A DNA stretch of 64,000 nt from positions 252,071-316,070 of the forward strand of contig NMRA01000472.1 in the NCBI GenBank assembly GCA_002633005.1, in the 5' to 3' direction. The translations under genes were made by a program, and so were the position numbers. The notes beneath the pieces are model-generated. The model worked only from the letters and a program-made list of their open reading frames with translations, made no database searches and was not told the DNA's origin. The DNA comes from Phoronis australis (taxonomy: Eukaryota; Animalia; Phoronida). Positions 62,101 to 64,000 of the stretch are shown here, one piece after another (within the stretch, counting starts at the first letter, position 1; each line of letters opens with the position of its first letter).

Positions 62101-63812
62101 ATCCAAACCTACCAAACTCATATGGTTTATAATCTATCCAAACCTACCAAACTCATATGGTTTATAATCTATCCAAACCTACCAAACTCATATGGTTTAT
62201 AATCTATCCAAACCTACCAAACTCATATGGTTTATAATCTATCCAAACCTACCAAACTCATATGGTTTATAATCTATCCAAACCTACCAAACTCATATGG
62301 TTTATAATCTATCCAAACCTACCAAACTCATATGGTTTATAATCTATCCAAACCTACCAAACTCATATGGTTTATAATCTATCCAAACCTACCAAACTCA
62401 TATGGTTTATAATCTATCCAAACCTACCAAACTCATATGGTTTATAATCTATCCAAACCTACCAAACTCATATGGTTTATAATCTATCCAAACCTACCAA
62501 ACTCATATGGTTTATAATCTATCCAAACCTACCAAACTCATATGGTTTATAATCTATCCAAACCTACCAAACTCATATGGTTTATAATCTATCCAAACCT
62601 ACCAAACTCATATGGTTTATAATCTATCCAAACCTACCAAACTCATATGGTTTATAATCTATCCAAACCTACCAAACTCATATGGTTTANATACACACAC
62701 ACCACACTCATCTGGTGCACAATCTATACACACCCACCACACTCATCTGGTGCACAATCTATAATACAACAAAGCACACAACTTACCTCAAATGCTGCTT
62801 CCACCCACTTCTCCTTGGGCAGTTCCAGAAACGTTGTTAAGTTCTTCTCTTCTCGGGAAATCATGCGAGTGCTGCGACAGAAAAGACATCATTGATAGAT
62901 TTAATGAGATATTTAAAGGGACAGTAGCACTCTCATTGTCAGACACTACACCCCAATCATTACAGTCCACGCCATAACAAGTCAAATCCAAACCTGTACC
63001 TCAGACACTGGGCACGCATAGAACGCACAACTTGTTAAAGATCCCCTTTCTTTTATATTCGCCAATTTAGAACACAGCATGAATTTCGTCAGTCGAAAGA
63101 TATGAGTGAAATATCAACAAGTTTTAACTTTCAGCTCTGTGTTTGCCTGATTCATCCATTAACTTTTGATTTTTTCCTAAAGTGCAGGCCTCTTTACATA
63201 TGGCAACAGTTGAGTGATTACCCAGAAAGCATCAGTAAGCTGTTACTCACTAAGGCGGACATTTTAAGTGACGGTGCACTACAAAAATTAAAAAATTAAC
63301 CAAAAATTGATAGTAAATTGAAAACATCTGGAGTTGCATTGAATGAGCATTACTTAGGCTGAAGTTTCGACTGCACAAACTAATTGAGTTAAAATCCATT
63401 TTCAAAAGTTTAATAACTGAAACAAAGCGGAACGTGTATCTTTAAAAAGATAAACTTTGTGGTAAAGGTACAATATAAACAATTCCTGTCGCATTTTAGT
63501 TGTAAAAAGTCCGGGAACACCTCTTTCCAATACTGAGATTAGTGACTTTTGGCAACGGTAAAAATATGAAAAAATTGAATTTTCGACTTTCAAATCGTGC
63601 TGAATTGTAGCGCTTACGTATTTAAGACATAAAGAGCCACGTGGATCATGTGTGGTAACAAGTGCATGTTGCTATGGCGACCACCTCCGCCGCTGTCCTC
63701 GCTGAAGGAGCGCTCAAATGCGAAGCGCAGTAGCAGTAGCTTGATGTCATGTACCGTCAGACTGTAACTGGTGTCGCGCACACCCGTACACTCCTGCAGG
63801 TATGTGTTGTGT
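59049..63812 (-). CDS. UBR4: E3 ubiquitin ligase UBR4 (p600), last six coding exons; gene continues beyond the window
   Basis: Exons 63812-63618, 62871-62787, 61159-61020, 60687-60594, 60218-60059 and 59110-59049 splice in frame to HNTYLQECTGVRDTSYSLTVHDIKLLLLRFAFERSFSEDSGGGGRHSNMHLLPHMIHVALYVLNTTRMISREEKNL...PKEKWVEAAFE...PCETFAEFCDVVGLLETITDPDGYLRELLASL*. I recognise this as the conserved UBR4 C-terminus. Confidence 0.96.
59225..59600. repeat. Degenerate ~30-bp minisatellite in the last UBR4 intron
   Basis: Recurring gctagaccatg(t/g)ga..tcac..gccatct units. Confidence 0.65.
60059..60218 (-). CDS. UBR4: UBR4 exon
   Basis: KATVGSDGTWSSGLADQIRADERGMMDLGDRLLTVYEQEVLPCETFAEFCDVV. Confidence 0.92.
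60594..60687 (-). CDS. UBR4: UBR4 exon
   Basis: LTNREVQEYTVYKPYLVFFSLVDGVINVMFK. Confidence 0.9.
61020..61159 (-). CDS. UBR4: UBR4 exon
   Basis: VESALYWMVMAILVLPRDKWNEQRADFLKRLLITAHVQQVSPPGTA. Confidence 0.9.
61266..62689. repeat. Perfect 35-bp minisatellite, about 40.7 copies, intronic in UBR4
   Basis: Unit AACCTACCAAACTCATATGGTTTATAATCTATCCA repeated with no variation I can see; ends at an N. Confidence 0.97.
62787..62871 (-). CDS. UBR4: UBR4 exon
   Basis: TRMISREEKNLTTFLELPKEKWVEAAFE. Confidence 0.92.
63618..63812 (-). CDS. UBR4: UBR4 exon
   Basis: HNTYLQECTG...SFSEDSGGGGRHSNMHLLPHMIHVALYVLNT. Confidence 0.95.
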
Positions 63813-64000
63813 CTGCAACCACATAGGGTATCATCAGGTAGAATTAATTATCATAAATTATAATATAATTACCATTAAATTACAATAAAACCTCAAAAAG
63901 AATTTTGATTCCTAAAGGAAGAGCTGACAGTTCGCGTGGTCCCCTTGGTCATTTCAGTCTTTAAGAACACTGACCGACACTTCCTTTCAAACCCAAAGAT

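Noticed and set aside
61266-62689. CRISPR array (35-bp repeat)
   Set aside because: Units are head-to-tail with no unique spacers, there are no cas genes, and it lies in a eukaryotic intron.

Overview
Repeat-rich, intron-containing animal (probably marine invertebrate) genomic DNA with three assembly gaps (26217-26313, 27842-28441, single N at 62690). I reconstructed three spliced genes by eye. (1) An 11-beta-hydroxysteroid dehydrogenase 1-like SDR on + (13788-22459; last exon not found). (2) A 12-exon + strand gene (30644-56070) joining about 7-8 ankyrin repeats, one per phase-0 exon, to a FAM111-like trypsin-fold serine protease with an intact H/D/S triad. Two recently duplicated ankyrin exons differ only by non-synonymous changes. 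(3) The last six coding exons of UBR4/p600 on - (59049-63812). The rest is transposon debris: three THAP-domain remnants (one inside a TTAA-flanked Kolobok-like element), LINE 3' fragments, Helentron/HINE-like elements, a Harbinger MITE and other TIR elements. There is also a tandem triplication of an unidentified ~215-aa ORF (0.4-6.5 kb) and a perfect 35-bp minisatellite. The ankyrin-FAM111-like protease is the best candidate for an undescribed sensor-effector system. All calls come from manual reading; no database searches were run.
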